DNA from: Candidatus Cloacimonadota bacterium
GTDB taxonomy: Bacteria; Cloacimonadota; Cloacimonadia; G963667145
Length of the DNA: 64,000 bases
NCBI GenBank assembly: GCA_963667255.1
Contig: OY762940.1
Location: 1,024,001 to 1,088,000, forward strand
Direction of reading: 5' to 3'
Part shown: positions 1 to 10,151 of the stretch, piece by piece
How the letters are laid out: each line of letters opens with the position of its first letter
How positions within the stretch are numbered: the stretch's first letter is position 1
The notes under the pieces: model-generated
What the model was told of the DNA's origin: nothing
What the model saw: the letters and a program-made list of their open reading frames with translations, nothing else
The model's database searches: none
Made by a program: the position numbers and the translations under genes

Positions 1-2
1 TC

Positions 3-455
3 TATGAGTCGGGAGATTCTGTTTTGGTGAAGACGAAAGAGGATGAGCTGAAAGATGCCAAGGCTGCTAACGGATGGCAAGGCACGCTCACCAGTGATAT
101 TTACGGCATTGCGGAGTTGGTAGTGAGTTATAGCAGTATGTATTATGATGACGACGCCATGAAAGATAAAAATTACCAAGGATTTGAGAGCGTGTTCAAA
201 TTGCACTCAGGAGTTGTTCCGTTTATCTCTACTGCTTATGTAAAATATTCTCAAGAGAATGAGCCGAATCTTTTCAGTGATTGGCAAACGGAAAACACCT
301 ACATTGAGGGGAAAATTGGTGTCGAAGTCAGCAGTTCCACGGCAATTAGTTGGACTTACACGGAGAGATACAAAGATTTGGACGGCAACGGGAAAATAAA
401 CGGTAGCCAAGAAACCATTTCTAATGTTAGTTTTGGTGTCGAGATGACATTTTAG
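3..455 (+). CDS. Hypothetical outer-membrane beta-barrel protein, C-terminal part (5' end outside window)
   Basis: The frame is open from base 3 through ORF 24..455. Alternating amphipathic strands, C-terminal ...GVEMTF beta-signal, and a DLDGNG Ca-binding-like loop. Confidence 0.55.
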   Translation, partial: YESGDSVLVKTKEDELKDAKAANGWQGTLTSDIYGIAELVVSYSSMYYDDDAMKDKNYQGFESVFKLHSGVVPFISTAYVKYSQENEPNLFSDWQTENTYIEGKIGVEVSSSTAISWTYTERYKDLDGNGKINGSQETISNVSFGVEMTF

Positions 456-482
456 ATAAATTTTCAAAAGGGAAACAGATAG

Positions 483-1868
483 ATGATTAGAGTTAGATTT
501 GCTCCATCGCCGACAGGCAAACTTCACTTGGGAGGTTTGAGGACAGCTCTTTACGATTATGCTTATGCCAAAAATCAAGGTGGGAAGTTCATTTTGCGTA
601 TTGAGGACACAGACCAAACTCGATTTGTGGAAGGTGCGACGGAAAATTTGATAAATTCTCTAAAAACCATGGGTTTGGATTTCGATGAAGGTCCGACTTT
701 CCAAAGTCAAAGGCTGGATATTTACAAGAAATACGCTTTGCAACTTGTGGAGCAGGGCAACGCTTACTATTGTTTTTGCACCAAGGACGATTTGGACAAG
801 GCACGGCAACGCCAAAAAGAGTTGAAGTTACCGACAAAATACTCCGAAACTTGCCGGAATTTGTCCAAAGATGAGGTTGAAAAGAAGTTGCAAGAGGGGA
901 TATCCTTTGTTATCCGTTTGGCGATGCCCAAGGACAGAGATTTTGTGATTTCGGATAAAGTGAGGGGCAAAGTCAAAATTGACTCTTCGCTTTTGGACGA
1001 TCAGGTTATTTTGAAATCGGATGGTTTCCCTACCTATCATTTGGCGGCTGTCGTGGACGACCATCTGATGGAAATTTCTCATGTTATCAGGGGCGAAGAG
1101 TGGCTCTATTCCACTCCGAAGCATATTTTCCTTTACGAATGTTTCGGCTGGAAACCGCCTGTTTGGGTGCATTTGCCATTGATTTTGAATGAGAATAAAT
1201 CAAAACTCAGCAAGCGAGACGGAGATTTTTCGGTTGGAAATTATCTTGAGAAAGGCTATTTGCCGGAGGCGATAATTAATTTTGTGGCACTTTTGGGGTG
1301 GAATCCCAAATCTGAAAAAGAGATTTTTGATTTGCAATATTTGTGCGACAATTTTTCTTTCAAGGCAGTCAACAAAGCTGGAGCAGTTTTTGATGAGAAA
1401 AAACTGGAATGGATGAACGGTCAGTATATTCGCCAAAAACCGCTTGAGGAGTTAGCCGGAATGTTGGAGCGATATTTTGTAGATGCGGACATTGACATCA
1501 GTGATAAGGCGAAATATCTGAAAGTCATTGGCGTGGCTAAAGATTATTTGGTGAGACTGCCGGAAGTTGTGCAATATTCGCAGATGTTTTATAGAGATTT
1601 GGAATTCACTGATGAGGACTTTGAGCTTTTGAACACTGAAGATTCTCAAAAGATTTTTAAGCACTATCTTGAAAATTTGTATGAAGGTCTTGACTTTGAT
1701 AAGTTTGTTAAAGAAACTTCCGTAGATTTGGGAATTAAAGGTAAATCTTATTTTTTCCCGCTTCGGTTGGCTTTGTTCGGCAATTCGTCCGGTCCCAATA
1801 TTCCCATTTTGATTGATGTTCTTGGATTGGACGAAACCCAAAAGAGATTGAAGCGAGTTTTAAATTGA
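483..1868 (+). CDS. gltX: Glutamate--tRNA ligase
   Basis: RVRFAPSPTG, HLGG (HIGH), RIEDTD, VIRGEEW and KLSKR (KMSKS) motifs. Confidence 0.97.
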   Translation: MIRVRFAPSPTGKLHLGGLRTALYDYAYAKNQGGKFILRIEDTDQTRFVEGATENLINSLKTMGLDFDEGPTFQSQRLDIYKKYALQLVEQGNAYYCFCTKDDLDKARQRQKELKLPTKYSETCRNLSKDEVEKKLQEGISFVIRLAMPKDRDFVISDKVRGKVKIDSSLLDDQVILKSDGFPTYHLAAVVDDHLMEISHVIRGEEWLYSTPKHIFLYECFGWKPPVWVHLPLILNENKSKLSKRDGDFSVGNYLEKGYLPEAIINFVALLGWNPKSEKEIFDLQYLCDNFSFKAVNKAGAVFDEKKLEWMNGQYIRQKPLEELAGMLERYFVDADIDISDKAKYLKVIGVAKDYLVRLPEVVQYSQMFYRDLEFTDEDFELLNTEDSQKIFKHYLENLYEGLDFDKFVKETSVDLGIKGKSYFFPLRLALFGNSSGPNIPILIDVLGLDETQKRLKRVLN

Positions 1869-1887
1869 AATTAGGAGAGGAGATAAA

Positions 1888-2988
1888 ATGAAAAAGGTAG
1901 TTTTGTTTTGTGTGTTTGTCGCATGCACATGCTGGAGTTGGGCTGAGGAAAAGTCCATAGAGAGTATGCTCATAGAGATGACGGGCGAAGTCGGTAAGGC
2001 TTATATAGCCCCGATTACAGATGGATTTTGCTCCAATATGAACGCCGGATTGTTTAACAAGGCACCAAAAGCGAAGGTCTTGGGCTTGGATATTGAAATT
2101 TCGGCGATAGCCATGGGGACTATGTTTTCAGGGAAAGATAAAACATTTGATATGGTTACTGGGGGGACGGTATCTTTGACCAAGGATATGGTAAAAACAT
2201 TGGCGAAAACAATCGCTGGTTCAGGAGCAACTGATGCTGTTATCACTGCTCTGACTGAGGAACTTTGGAAGGAATTTGGAGGTTCAGGTACCACTGCTGC
2301 CAGTGTGCAAGTTAGAGCGTATGGTCCGACAGTTGCTGGCTCCAGCACTGATAAGGTTAAATTTGTTGTTCAAACCAAGACTACTTCTGTAACTGTTAAT
2401 GGGAAACCATACGATTTAAGCAGTGATGCGAATAAGACAATCGAAACTGATATAACCGGACTTGATTTGCCGATTATTCCTTTGGCTGCTTTTCAATTTT
2501 CTCTGGGAACTTTGTATGGGACGAAAGGGACATTTAGATTTTTACCACCAGTGGAGGTTGATGAGTCTATAGGCAAAGTTAGCTATTATGGTGGAGTGTT
2601 GCAACACAACCCCAAAATGTTTTTGCCTGTTTTGGATATTTTGCCTTTTGATTTGGGCTTGTCCGGTTCTTATCAGGTTTTTAAACTTGGAAGTATTATC
2701 AAAGCTACTGCATGGACAGCTGGAATGAATGTGAGCAAACAACTCGGTTGGAGATTTTTGAATATTACACCATATACAGGGCTTATGTTAGAGTCCAGCG
2801 AGATGAAATTTTCTTATAATTACACAATAGACGGTGTTACTTCACCCATTAATTTTAGTGCTGATGGTCCAAACAAATATCGCTTACCTCTTGGTTTGGG
2901 TATTAGATTAGGGATTCTTAATATTAGTGGCGAGTATTATTTTGCAAAGATGAGCGGGTTTTCTGCTAATTTAGCTTTAGCTTTTTAA
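1888..2988 (+). CDS. Outer-membrane protein, DUF6588-like
   Basis: Signal peptide, strong AGGAG RBS, beta-rich C-terminal half ending in ALAF. YIAPITDGF...NAGLFNKA and GPTVAG segments resemble DUF6588. Confidence 0.65.
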   Translation: MKKVVLFCVFVACTCWSWAEEKSIESMLIEMTGEVGKAYIAPITDGFCSNMNAGLFNKAPKAKVLGLDIEISAIAMGTMFSGKDKTFDMVTGGTVSLTKDMVKTLAKTIAGSGATDAVITALTEELWKEFGGSGTTAASVQVRAYGPTVAGSSTDKVKFVVQTKTTSVTVNGKPYDLSSDANKTIETDITGLDLPIIPLAAFQFSLGTLYGTKGTFRFLPPVEVDESIGKVSYYGGVLQHNPKMFLPVLDILPFDLGLSGSYQVFKLGSIIKATAWTAGMNVSKQLGWRFLNITPYTGLMLESSEMKFSYNYTIDGVTSPINFSADGPNKYRLPLGLGIRLGILNISGEYYFAKMSGFSANLALAF

Positions 2989-3117
2989 GTGATAACAAGT
3001 TGTAACCTTGAGGAAAATAAAATTTTAGGAACTTTTCTTGACAGATGAAGTCAATGTTTGTCAGGTTTAGCGTATGCGAGAAGAGATAGTTTATTTTAAA
3101 GGTAATGGAATTTTGAT

Positions 3118-3363
3118 ATGAGACTTCCTTTTGTATTTGTGTTGTTTTTTGTCTTTATAATTTTGGTTGTGGCTAAAGTATTTTTCTTTTTTGTTATTAA
3201 ATTTTGGTTTTTGGCTTTGCCTATAGCAGGATATTTGGGATATAAAGTTTATAAATTTCAGAGGAAGTTCATTGCTAATCAGTCGTTTGTCAATAAGCAG
3301 AGCGACTCGGAGTTAGATCCTGATAAGCAAGTGAAAGGCGGGTCTTACAAGGTTGTTAAATAA
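3118..3363 (+). CDS. Small hypothetical membrane protein
   Basis: 81 aa with a long hydrophobic N-terminus and a polar tail; co-oriented with neighbours. Confidence 0.6.
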   Translation: MRLPFVFVLFFVFIILVVAKVFFFFVIKFWFLALPIAGYLGYKVYKFQRKFIANQSFVNKQSDSELDPDKQVKGGSYKVVK

Positions 3364-3393
3364 AGGTATTAAAATTAAAAGAAGAAATTTTAG

Positions 3394-5454
3394 ATGAATG
3401 TTAAATTAGTTGCTTATGTATTGGCGGGTTTGCTTGTTGTGATGGGCGGAGTTTACGCTGTTGGAGAGCTCATTTTTTCTGATGATGCAGTCAGTTCTAG
3501 AGTTGTGAACACTCCTGATGTGATAGATGACCCGCAGGAAGATGTCAGATCCAGTGTTGATAACGAATATGCAAAAATAGTTGAGCATTTTAATCAACAA
3601 GATTATGAGCAGGTCATTAGGTTGTCCAATCGGTTTTTGCAAGAGTATCCGAAGAACCATTTTACCTCTAATGTTTTGTTTAAAATTGCCGAAAGTTATT
3701 ATAGATTGGGTGATCTTGCAGAAGCACGAAACGGTTATAATGGTGTAATCAAAAGTTTCCCCGGGTCACAAATGGCTAAATATGCACAAATCAAATTGGA
3801 TCTCTTGGGAAAAGTTGATGATAGCAGTACTATGGACTCTTTTTTGAAATTGGAAACTCCGGAGAGTGGCTATCAGGAATGTCGGGATTTATACAAAGGT
3901 CGAGATTTTGACAAAGCCATCGAAGGATTTGAAGCTTTTTTGAGTAAATACCCTAATTCAGATTTGGCACCAAATGCTCAATATTGGTTAGCTGAGTGTT
4001 ATTATGGCAAAGACGATTTGCGTAGGGCGAAGAGAGAGTTTGAGAGAGTTGTAGAAAATTATCCTAATTCCCGCAAAGTTCCGTCTGCAAATCGTAAAAT
4101 TTTAATGAGTAGTCAAAAATTGGCTCGGAATGATACTGAAGACAAATTGAAGCATGTTTATGAAAGTTTGTATAAAAAATACGAAAAAAGAGATTATAAG
4201 GAAGCGATTTCCGGATTCAAAGATTTTATCCAAAAATACCCGGACAGTAAATATGTCCCTAATGCTTATTATTGGATAGCTGAGTGCTATTATGCTGCTG
4301 CTAATTATCAAGATGGAGTATACAATAATACTTTGATTAATTTTAAACTGTCACAAGATAATTTTCGAATTGTTATTAGCAAATTTCCCGATAATCAAAA
4401 AGCCGATGATGCTCGCATTAAATTGAAAAAAATTGAAAGAATTGTTTTCTATGTCATAGCTCGAAAAGCTTATTTGGCGAAAGACTATACAACGGCAATA
4501 GAGAATTTTAGAGAGTATGTCAATCGCTATCCATCGACTGAGTTGACTGCTAATTGTTTTTACTGGGCAGGTATTTGTTATTTTGAGCAGGAGCAATATG
4601 ATAATGCGTTAGCTGAGTTTGAAAAAGTTAGAAGTGAATACCCTAAGCATCACAAAGCGAAAGATGCTTTGATAAAAATAAATGAGATAAAAAAACTTCG
4701 AGCTGAAGGAAATGGAAATCCGGAAGAATTGTTTGATTCTGAGTTTGTAAGACTTGAGAAATATTATAAAAATGGCGAATTTGCCAATTTGGTTGTGGAA
4801 GGAGAGAGGTTTATTAGTAATAATCCCAATGATGTGAATGTGCCCAAAGCTATATTTTTGGTTGGAGAAGGTTACTATGAACAAGGCAATTTTGCTAATG
4901 CAATAGGGTACTATAAAAGAATTCTTGATGAAAATTTATTACCAAAAGAGCAAGAAATTGTGCAAACGAGATATGATAACTGTTTGAGAAATTTGGATGG
5001 TAATTCTACGCCATCGCAGAGTGAAGAGGGAATTTCTCCTACAACGAACACCATTTCTGATGATAAAGCAAAATTAAATGAAGGTGTAAAGTTATGTTTT
5101 GACGGACAATGGAATGAAGGTATAAATATTCTTTCTTCCCTAAAGGGGAAATTTACTCCTGGGTCTGAAGACCAAGCCCTTTTATTTACTTGGATTGGTG
5201 CTTATTATTACAATTCAAAAGATTACGCTAAAGGTAAGTATTACTATTCCAAGGTTGATGCTGATAAATTGAGGTTGAAAGATAAGGATATGTATTATAG
5301 TGGTTTTGCTTTTTCGTGTTATCGCGTGAACGATTTCGATTTGGCTTTGAACCTTATTGAGCAATTTAAGCAGAATTTTAATCCTGACAATACATATTAT
5401 AATGGTCTTGAAACTCTTAAATCTGCCATTATTAGAAGACAACAAGGAAATTAA
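3394..5454 (+). CDS. Membrane-anchored TPR protein with tandem CpoB/YbgF (BamD-like) modules
   Basis: N-terminal TM/signal segment; repeated F..F...YP.S..APNA.YW.AECYY units. Confidence 0.85.
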   Translation: MNVKLVAYVLAGLLVVMGGVYAVGELIFSDDAVSSRVVNTPDVIDDPQEDVRSSVDNEYAKIVEHFNQQDYEQVIRLSNRFLQEYPKNHFTSNVLFKIAESYYRLGDLAEARNGYNGVIKSFPGSQMAKYAQIKLDLLGKVDDSSTMDSFLKLETPESGYQECRDLYKGRDFDKAIEGFEAFLSKYPNSDLAPNAQYWLAECYYGKDDLRRAKREFERVVENYPNSRKVPSANRKILMSSQKLARNDTEDKLKHVYESLYKKYEKRDYKEAISGFKDFIQKYPDSKYVPNAYYWIAECYYAAANYQDGVYNNTLINFKLSQDNFRIVISKFPDNQKADDARIKLKKIERIVFYVIARKAYLAKDYTTAIENFREYVNRYPSTELTANCFYWAGICYFEQEQYDNALAEFEKVRSEYPKHHKAKDALIKINEIKKLRAEGNGNPEELFDSEFVRLEKYYKNGEFANLVVEGERFISNNPNDVNVPKAIFLVGEGYYEQGNFANAIGYYKRILDENLLPKEQEIVQTRYDNCLRNLDGNSTPSQSEEGISPTTNTISDDKAKLNEGVKLCFDGQWNEGINILSSLKGKFTPGSEDQALLFTWIGAYYYNSKDYAKGKYYYSKVDADKLRLKDKDMYYSGFAFSCYRVNDFDLALNLIEQFKQNFNPDNTYYNGLETLKSAIIRRQQGN

Positions 5455-5462
5455 AAAAACAT

Positions 5463-5939
5463 ATGGAATATATTACAGCTATTGGAATAAAAAAATTGAA
5501 CGAAAAATTGGAAGCGCTGAAAGCGAGCTTACCGGAAGTTATGGGGCATGTGGCATCGGCAAGGGAGATGGGTGATTTGTCGGAAAATGCGGAGTATCAT
5601 GCGGCTCGTGAGCGGAAAAGAAATATTGAGAACGAAATTGGATATATCTCTTCGCGATTGCAAAAGTTGCAGGTAATTAATCCGCAAACTATGGACGATT
5701 CAGCGGTTAGGTTTGGCTTTTGCATAAAGATTAAAGAGAAAGCGACAGGCGAAATCTCTAATCATATTTTGGTAGGAGTTGATGAGATTGATTTTGATTT
5801 TGGAGATAGTGTTGTCCCAATCTCTTTCTTGTCGCCGATAGGCAAGGCACTTATTGGCAAGAAGGTCGGAGAAGAGTTTGTAGTTAGTGCTCCTTCGGGA
5901 GATATCACTTATTCCGTAGTGGGAATTTGGAGAGGTTAG
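5463..5939 (+). CDS. greA: Transcription elongation factor GreA
   Basis: AREMGDLSENAEYHAA and ISFLSPIGKALIGKKVGE motifs. Confidence 0.95.
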   Translation: MEYITAIGIKKLNEKLEALKASLPEVMGHVASAREMGDLSENAEYHAARERKRNIENEIGYISSRLQKLQVINPQTMDDSAVRFGFCIKIKEKATGEISNHILVGVDEIDFDFGDSVVPISFLSPIGKALIGKKVGEEFVVSAPSGDITYSVVGIWRG

Positions 5940-7322
5940 ATGGTGGCTGAAGAGTTATTATACGAGAAGAAAACAGCTTGGCGGAAGGAGAATAAAGAGG
6001 AAGTTTTTTCTTTTGCCGAAGAATATAAGATTTTTTTGAACAATTGCAAAACAGAGCGGCTCAGTGTTGATTATACATTAGGACTTTTGGAAAAAGCAGG
6101 GTTTAAACCTCTTGAGGAAGGTGGCTCTCGTGTTTACAGAATTTTCAAATCAAAAAGTATATCGTTTGCTATTTTGGGTAACGAGCCTATTTTGAATGGT
6201 GTGAATGTGATTGCTTCACACATAGATTCTCCACGGGTTGACCTCAAGCAAAATCCGTTTTATGAATCCGATGATGTGTGTATGGCGAAAACTCATTATT
6301 ATGGTGGAATCAAGAAGTATCAATGGTTGTCCACTCCTTTGGCTTTGCACGGGGTTGTGATAAAAGCTGATGGCGAAAAGGTTAAAGTTGATATAGGCGA
6401 AAACCCCGATGACCCCGTTTTTGTAATTCCTGATTTATTGCCACATCTTTCGAGGAAAGTGCAATACACAAAGAAGTTAACGGAAGCTTTTGATGCCAAT
6501 AAAATGAATTTGGTATTCTCTTCTATGCCTGCCTTTGGTGATGACGACAAGGAGATTAAGTCAAAGTTTAAGCTAAGGGCGTTGGAACTTTTGTCGGAGA
6601 AATACGGTGTCAAAGAGCAGGATTTTTTGTCTGCGGAGTTGAGTTTAGTTCCTGCAGGGCTTGCTCGTGATGCGGGGATAGATTCGTCTATGATTTTGTC
6701 TTACGGGCAAGATGACAGAGTTTGTTCCTATTGCGGGTTGAGGTCTGTTTTGGATTTAGGCGAGCATAATAAAACCGTAGTTTGCTATTTTGCCGATAAA
6801 GAAGAGATAGGTAGCGACGGTAATACAGGTGCGAAATCTGCGTTTTTCAAAAATTTTATTCAAGAACTTATGAAGCTTAACGGTGAAAGCTATGACAGCT
6901 ATTCGCTTGGTGTTGCTTTGTCCAACTCTCAAATAATTTCGGCTGATGTTTCGGCTGCTCTCAATCCCAACTATCCGGAAGTTCATGATAAGCAAAATGC
7001 GACTATTTTGGGTTCGGGAGTAGAGATTTCCAAGTTTGGAGGTGGAGGTGGTAAATACTCCTCCAGTGATGCCAGCAGTGAGTTCACTTCCAAACTTATT
7101 AGGATTTTTGAGAAAAACGGTATTTCGTGGCAGATGGGTAGTCTGGGCAAAGTGGATGAAGGTGGTGGAGGAACTATTGCTAAATTTTTGGCTGAATTGG
7201 GTGCAGATGTTATAGATTGCGGAACGGGATTGTTTGGGATGCACTCGTTGTATGAGTTATCCAGCAAAGTTGATGTTTACAATACTTATTTAGCCTATTC
7301 CAGTTTTTTGAGAGAGTGCTAA
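5940..7322 (+). CDS. Aminopeptidase, M18 family
   Basis: SHIDSPR, YYGGIKKYQW, QDDRVC, DKEEIGS, SADV and MHS metal-ligand motifs. Confidence 0.93.
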   Translation: MVAEELLYEKKTAWRKENKEEVFSFAEEYKIFLNNCKTERLSVDYTLGLLEKAGFKPLEEGGSRVYRIFKSKSISFAILGNEPILNGVNVIASHIDSPRVDLKQNPFYESDDVCMAKTHYYGGIKKYQWLSTPLALHGVVIKADGEKVKVDIGENPDDPVFVIPDLLPHLSRKVQYTKKLTEAFDANKMNLVFSSMPAFGDDDKEIKSKFKLRALELLSEKYGVKEQDFLSAELSLVPAGLARDAGIDSSMILSYGQDDRVCSYCGLRSVLDLGEHNKTVVCYFADKEEIGSDGNTGAKSAFFKNFIQELMKLNGESYDSYSLGVALSNSQIISADVSAALNPNYPEVHDKQNATILGSGVEISKFGGGGGKYSSSDASSEFTSKLIRIFEKNGISWQMGSLGKVDEGGGGTIAKFLAELGADVIDCGTGLFGMHSLYELSSKVDVYNTYLAYSSFLREC

Positions 7323-7328
7323 TTTCCT

Positions 7329-9215
7329 ATGACTATTCGTCGCTTAGCCATTATATTTTTTTCGTTGTTAGCTGTGTTTTCCGGATTGGTTATCGTCTAC
7401 AAGATTGTGGATGATGATGCTCTTTCTCGGTCAATTAATATTCAGGAAAAGCAATACAAAATTATTTTGAGTCATTATGGTCAAAAAGAGTATGAAAACA
7501 CGATTCGCTTAGGAGAGACTTTCTTAAACTCTTTTCCTGATGGTCCTTATTCTGCCGATGTGATGCTCAATGTAGGGCAGTCTTATTTCCAATTGAAAGA
7601 TTATGACAATGCGATTAAAACTTACAATAGTTTACTGGAAAAATACCCCGATCACAAATTGAAAAATTATGTAAAAGATAAGATTGCACAAGCGACCGAT
7701 TATAAGGGAGATTTTGTTTCCAGTTTGGAAATAGGCAAGCAAGGGGCTCAGATAGATTTTGAGAAATGCAAAGAGCTGTTTGATGACAACCTTTACAAAT
7801 ATGCTTTGGGTGCTTTTATTACATATAGGGGAAAATATCCGGAGAGTCCTTTTAGTTCCAATGTGGATTTTTTGATTGCCGATTGCTATTTCAATTTGGG
7901 AGATTTCGATTCTGCGGTTAAACTGTTTCAACAGGTAGTTGAAAAATATCCGCAGAGCGAAGACAAATATTTGGCACAAAGACGATTGGAGAGGATTGCA
8001 ACTTTGCAAGAGAAGAAGGAAAGCAATTCACTACAAGATATTTACAATAGGGCTTTGAACGAGTATAATCAGAAAAACTATAATTCGGCGATAAGTGAGT
8101 TTTCCGATTTTCTTGCTCTTTATCCTACGAGCAAATTTGCACCGAATTGCCAGTATTGGCTTGCGGAATCTTATTATTCCAAGGATAATAAAGCGGCTGC
8201 TTTGCAAGAATTTAAAAAAGTTGTCAAAAATTATCCTAATTCCGATAAAGCAAAAGATGCACAAATCAAAATTGATATGATACTTAACGCCAAAAAAAGT
8301 TTTAACAGGTCTGATGAATTTACCGAGTATAAAAATGTTCGCAAATACTATTTAGTAGGGAAATATGACAAGGCTATAACGGAGTTTGATGAGTATATTT
8401 TGGCTTATCCCGATGGCAAATATATGCCTAACGCTTATTATTGGAAAGGGGAGTGCTACTACTCCAAGGGTGATTACAGAAAGGCTATAGAGGTATTCGA
8501 GAAAGTTTTGCAACTGTTCCCCGACTCTCAAAAGGCAAATCATTCCAGAATTAAAATAAGTATGGCAAAAGAAAAACTTGGAATTGTGGAGCACACTCCG
8601 CAAGAAATTTTGTATCAGAAGAGTTTTGCTCTGTATAAAGATAGGAAATATATTGAGGCAATTGCTTCTTTTGAGTCTTTTATCGATAAATATCCTGTAA
8701 ATCCTTTGGTGGAAAATTGTTTGTATTGGATAGGGGAATGCTACTACGCTTTGGGCAAATATGAGGAGGCGAAATCTCATTTTTCGCAGGTTTTGACCCG
8801 CTATCCTTCCGGCAATAAATACAACGATGCTACTATTAAGTTGAAGATGTGTCAGGAGAAAACAGGCGATAAGATTAAATCGGAGCAAGAGGTTCTTGCC
8901 GAGTCTATTTATAACGATTTCCAAGAGACTAATTATGCAAGAGTTGTCAGCAGAGGTGTTGAATTTTTGGAGAAATACAAAAACTCGCCTCAGAGTCAGA
9001 AGATTCATCTTTTGGTTGCTCAAAGTTATGAAAAATCGAGGAAATTTGATGAGGCTTTTAGAGAGTATAAAAGCATAATTGGCGATTATCCGGAAAAGGC
9101 TTTGGAGATTCAAGAGAAGATTTTGGATTTGTGTTCGACTCTAAATCGCCCCTTACAACTGAAAATCGAAGAGTTGGAAATGAAAAAACTGAAAGGCGAG
9201 GCTGGCAATGAGTGA
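7329..9215 (+). CDS. Membrane-anchored TPR protein with tandem CpoB/YbgF modules (paralog of 3394..5454)
   Basis: N-terminal TM; repeated YP.S..(A/M)PN..YW.(A/G)E.YY units. Confidence 0.85.
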   Translation: MTIRRLAIIFFSLLAVFSGLVIVYKIVDDDALSRSINIQEKQYKIILSHYGQKEYENTIRLGETFLNSFPDGPYSADVMLNVGQSYFQLKDYDNAIKTYNSLLEKYPDHKLKNYVKDKIAQATDYKGDFVSSLEIGKQGAQIDFEKCKELFDDNLYKYALGAFITYRGKYPESPFSSNVDFLIADCYFNLGDFDSAVKLFQQVVEKYPQSEDKYLAQRRLERIATLQEKKESNSLQDIYNRALNEYNQKNYNSAISEFSDFLALYPTSKFAPNCQYWLAESYYSKDNKAAALQEFKKVVKNYPNSDKAKDAQIKIDMILNAKKSFNRSDEFTEYKNVRKYYLVGKYDKAITEFDEYILAYPDGKYMPNAYYWKGECYYSKGDYRKAIEVFEKVLQLFPDSQKANHSRIKISMAKEKLGIVEHTPQEILYQKSFALYKDRKYIEAIASFESFIDKYPVNPLVENCLYWIGECYYALGKYEEAKSHFSQVLTRYPSGNKYNDATIKLKMCQEKTGDKIKSEQEVLAESIYNDFQETNYARVVSRGVEFLEKYKNSPQSQKIHLLVAQSYEKSRKFDEAFREYKSIIGDYPEKALEIQEKILDLCSTLNRPLQLKIEELEMKKLKGEAGNE

Positions 9216-9660
9216 TTTTACTCATCTTGATAAAAATTACCAAGCGAAGATGGTGGATGTGAGCGATAAGAAAAAACAGCTTCGTATCGCCAAAGCAAAG
9301 GGTAAGATTAATCTACAAGCGGAAACGGTTGAAAAAATACTGTCCAATAGCATTATCAAAGGAAATGTTCTGGCTGTGGCGAAGGTTGCTGCTATTCAGG
9401 GGAGCAAAAAGACCAGTGAGTTAATCCCTATGTGCCATAATGTTTTTATCTCGCAAGTTGCTGTTGATTTTGAGGTTGTTGACGACGGAGTTCTTTGTTT
9501 TAGCAAAGTAGTGGCTGTGGATGTTACAGGGATTGAGATGGAGGCGTTGACTGCCGTAAGTGTTGCGTTGCTCACGATTTACGATATGTGTAAAGCGGTT
9601 GATAAAAAGATGAGCTTTACGGATATAGTTCTTTTGGAAAAGACCAAGCAAGATTTGTAA
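9208..9660 (+). CDS. moaC: Cyclic pyranopterin monophosphate synthase MoaC
   Basis: FTHLD...MVDVSDK, LIPMCH, TGIEMEALT and IYDMCKAVD motifs. Confidence 0.96.
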   Translation: MSDFTHLDKNYQAKMVDVSDKKKQLRIAKAKGKINLQAETVEKILSNSIIKGNVLAVAKVAAIQGSKKTSELIPMCHNVFISQVAVDFEVVDDGVLCFSKVVAVDVTGIEMEALTAVSVALLTIYDMCKAVDKKMSFTDIVLLEKTKQDL

Positions 9661-10151
9661 TGGGGGAAATTAGTTTTGCCGTCTTATCTCTAAGCACCAG
9701 AGCCAGTCAAGGTGTCTATGAGGACAAAAGTGGAAACTATTTGCGGGAAAAATTACAATCTTTTTGCGGAAGTTCCGGAGACTATTTTCTACTTGCTGAC
9801 GATGAGATAAAACTCGCTTCTACGCTCGAAGAGATTATTGAGCAAAAAACAGATTTGATTTTTACTACCGGTGGCACGGGTATAGGAACTCAAGACATAA
9901 CAATCGAGGTTGTGCAACCGATGATAGACAAGTTTGTTCCCGGGGTGATGGAGTTTATTCGGACGAAATATGGCTATGAAAACAGAAACGCCTTGCTTAG
10001 TAGAGGGGTTTGTGGCTTGGCAAAGCGGTCTCTTATTTTTACGCTTCCCGGTAGCATCAAGGCGGTAAAAGAGTATTGGCAGGAGATAGAGCCACTACTG
10101 GCTCATATGCTTCAAATGAAAGCAGATATCGATTCCCATGGGAGAGTTTAA
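9660..10151 (+). CDS. mog: Molybdopterin adenylyltransferase, MogA/MoaB family
   Basis: YEDKSG, TTGGTG..QDIT, LSRG and TLPGS motifs; coupled to moaC (TAATG overlap). Confidence 0.88.
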   Translation: MGEISFAVLSLSTRASQGVYEDKSGNYLREKLQSFCGSSGDYFLLADDEIKLASTLEEIIEQKTDLIFTTGGTGIGTQDITIEVVQPMIDKFVPGVMEFIRTKYGYENRNALLSRGVCGLAKRSLIFTLPGSIKAVKEYWQEIEPLLAHMLQMKADIDSHGRV

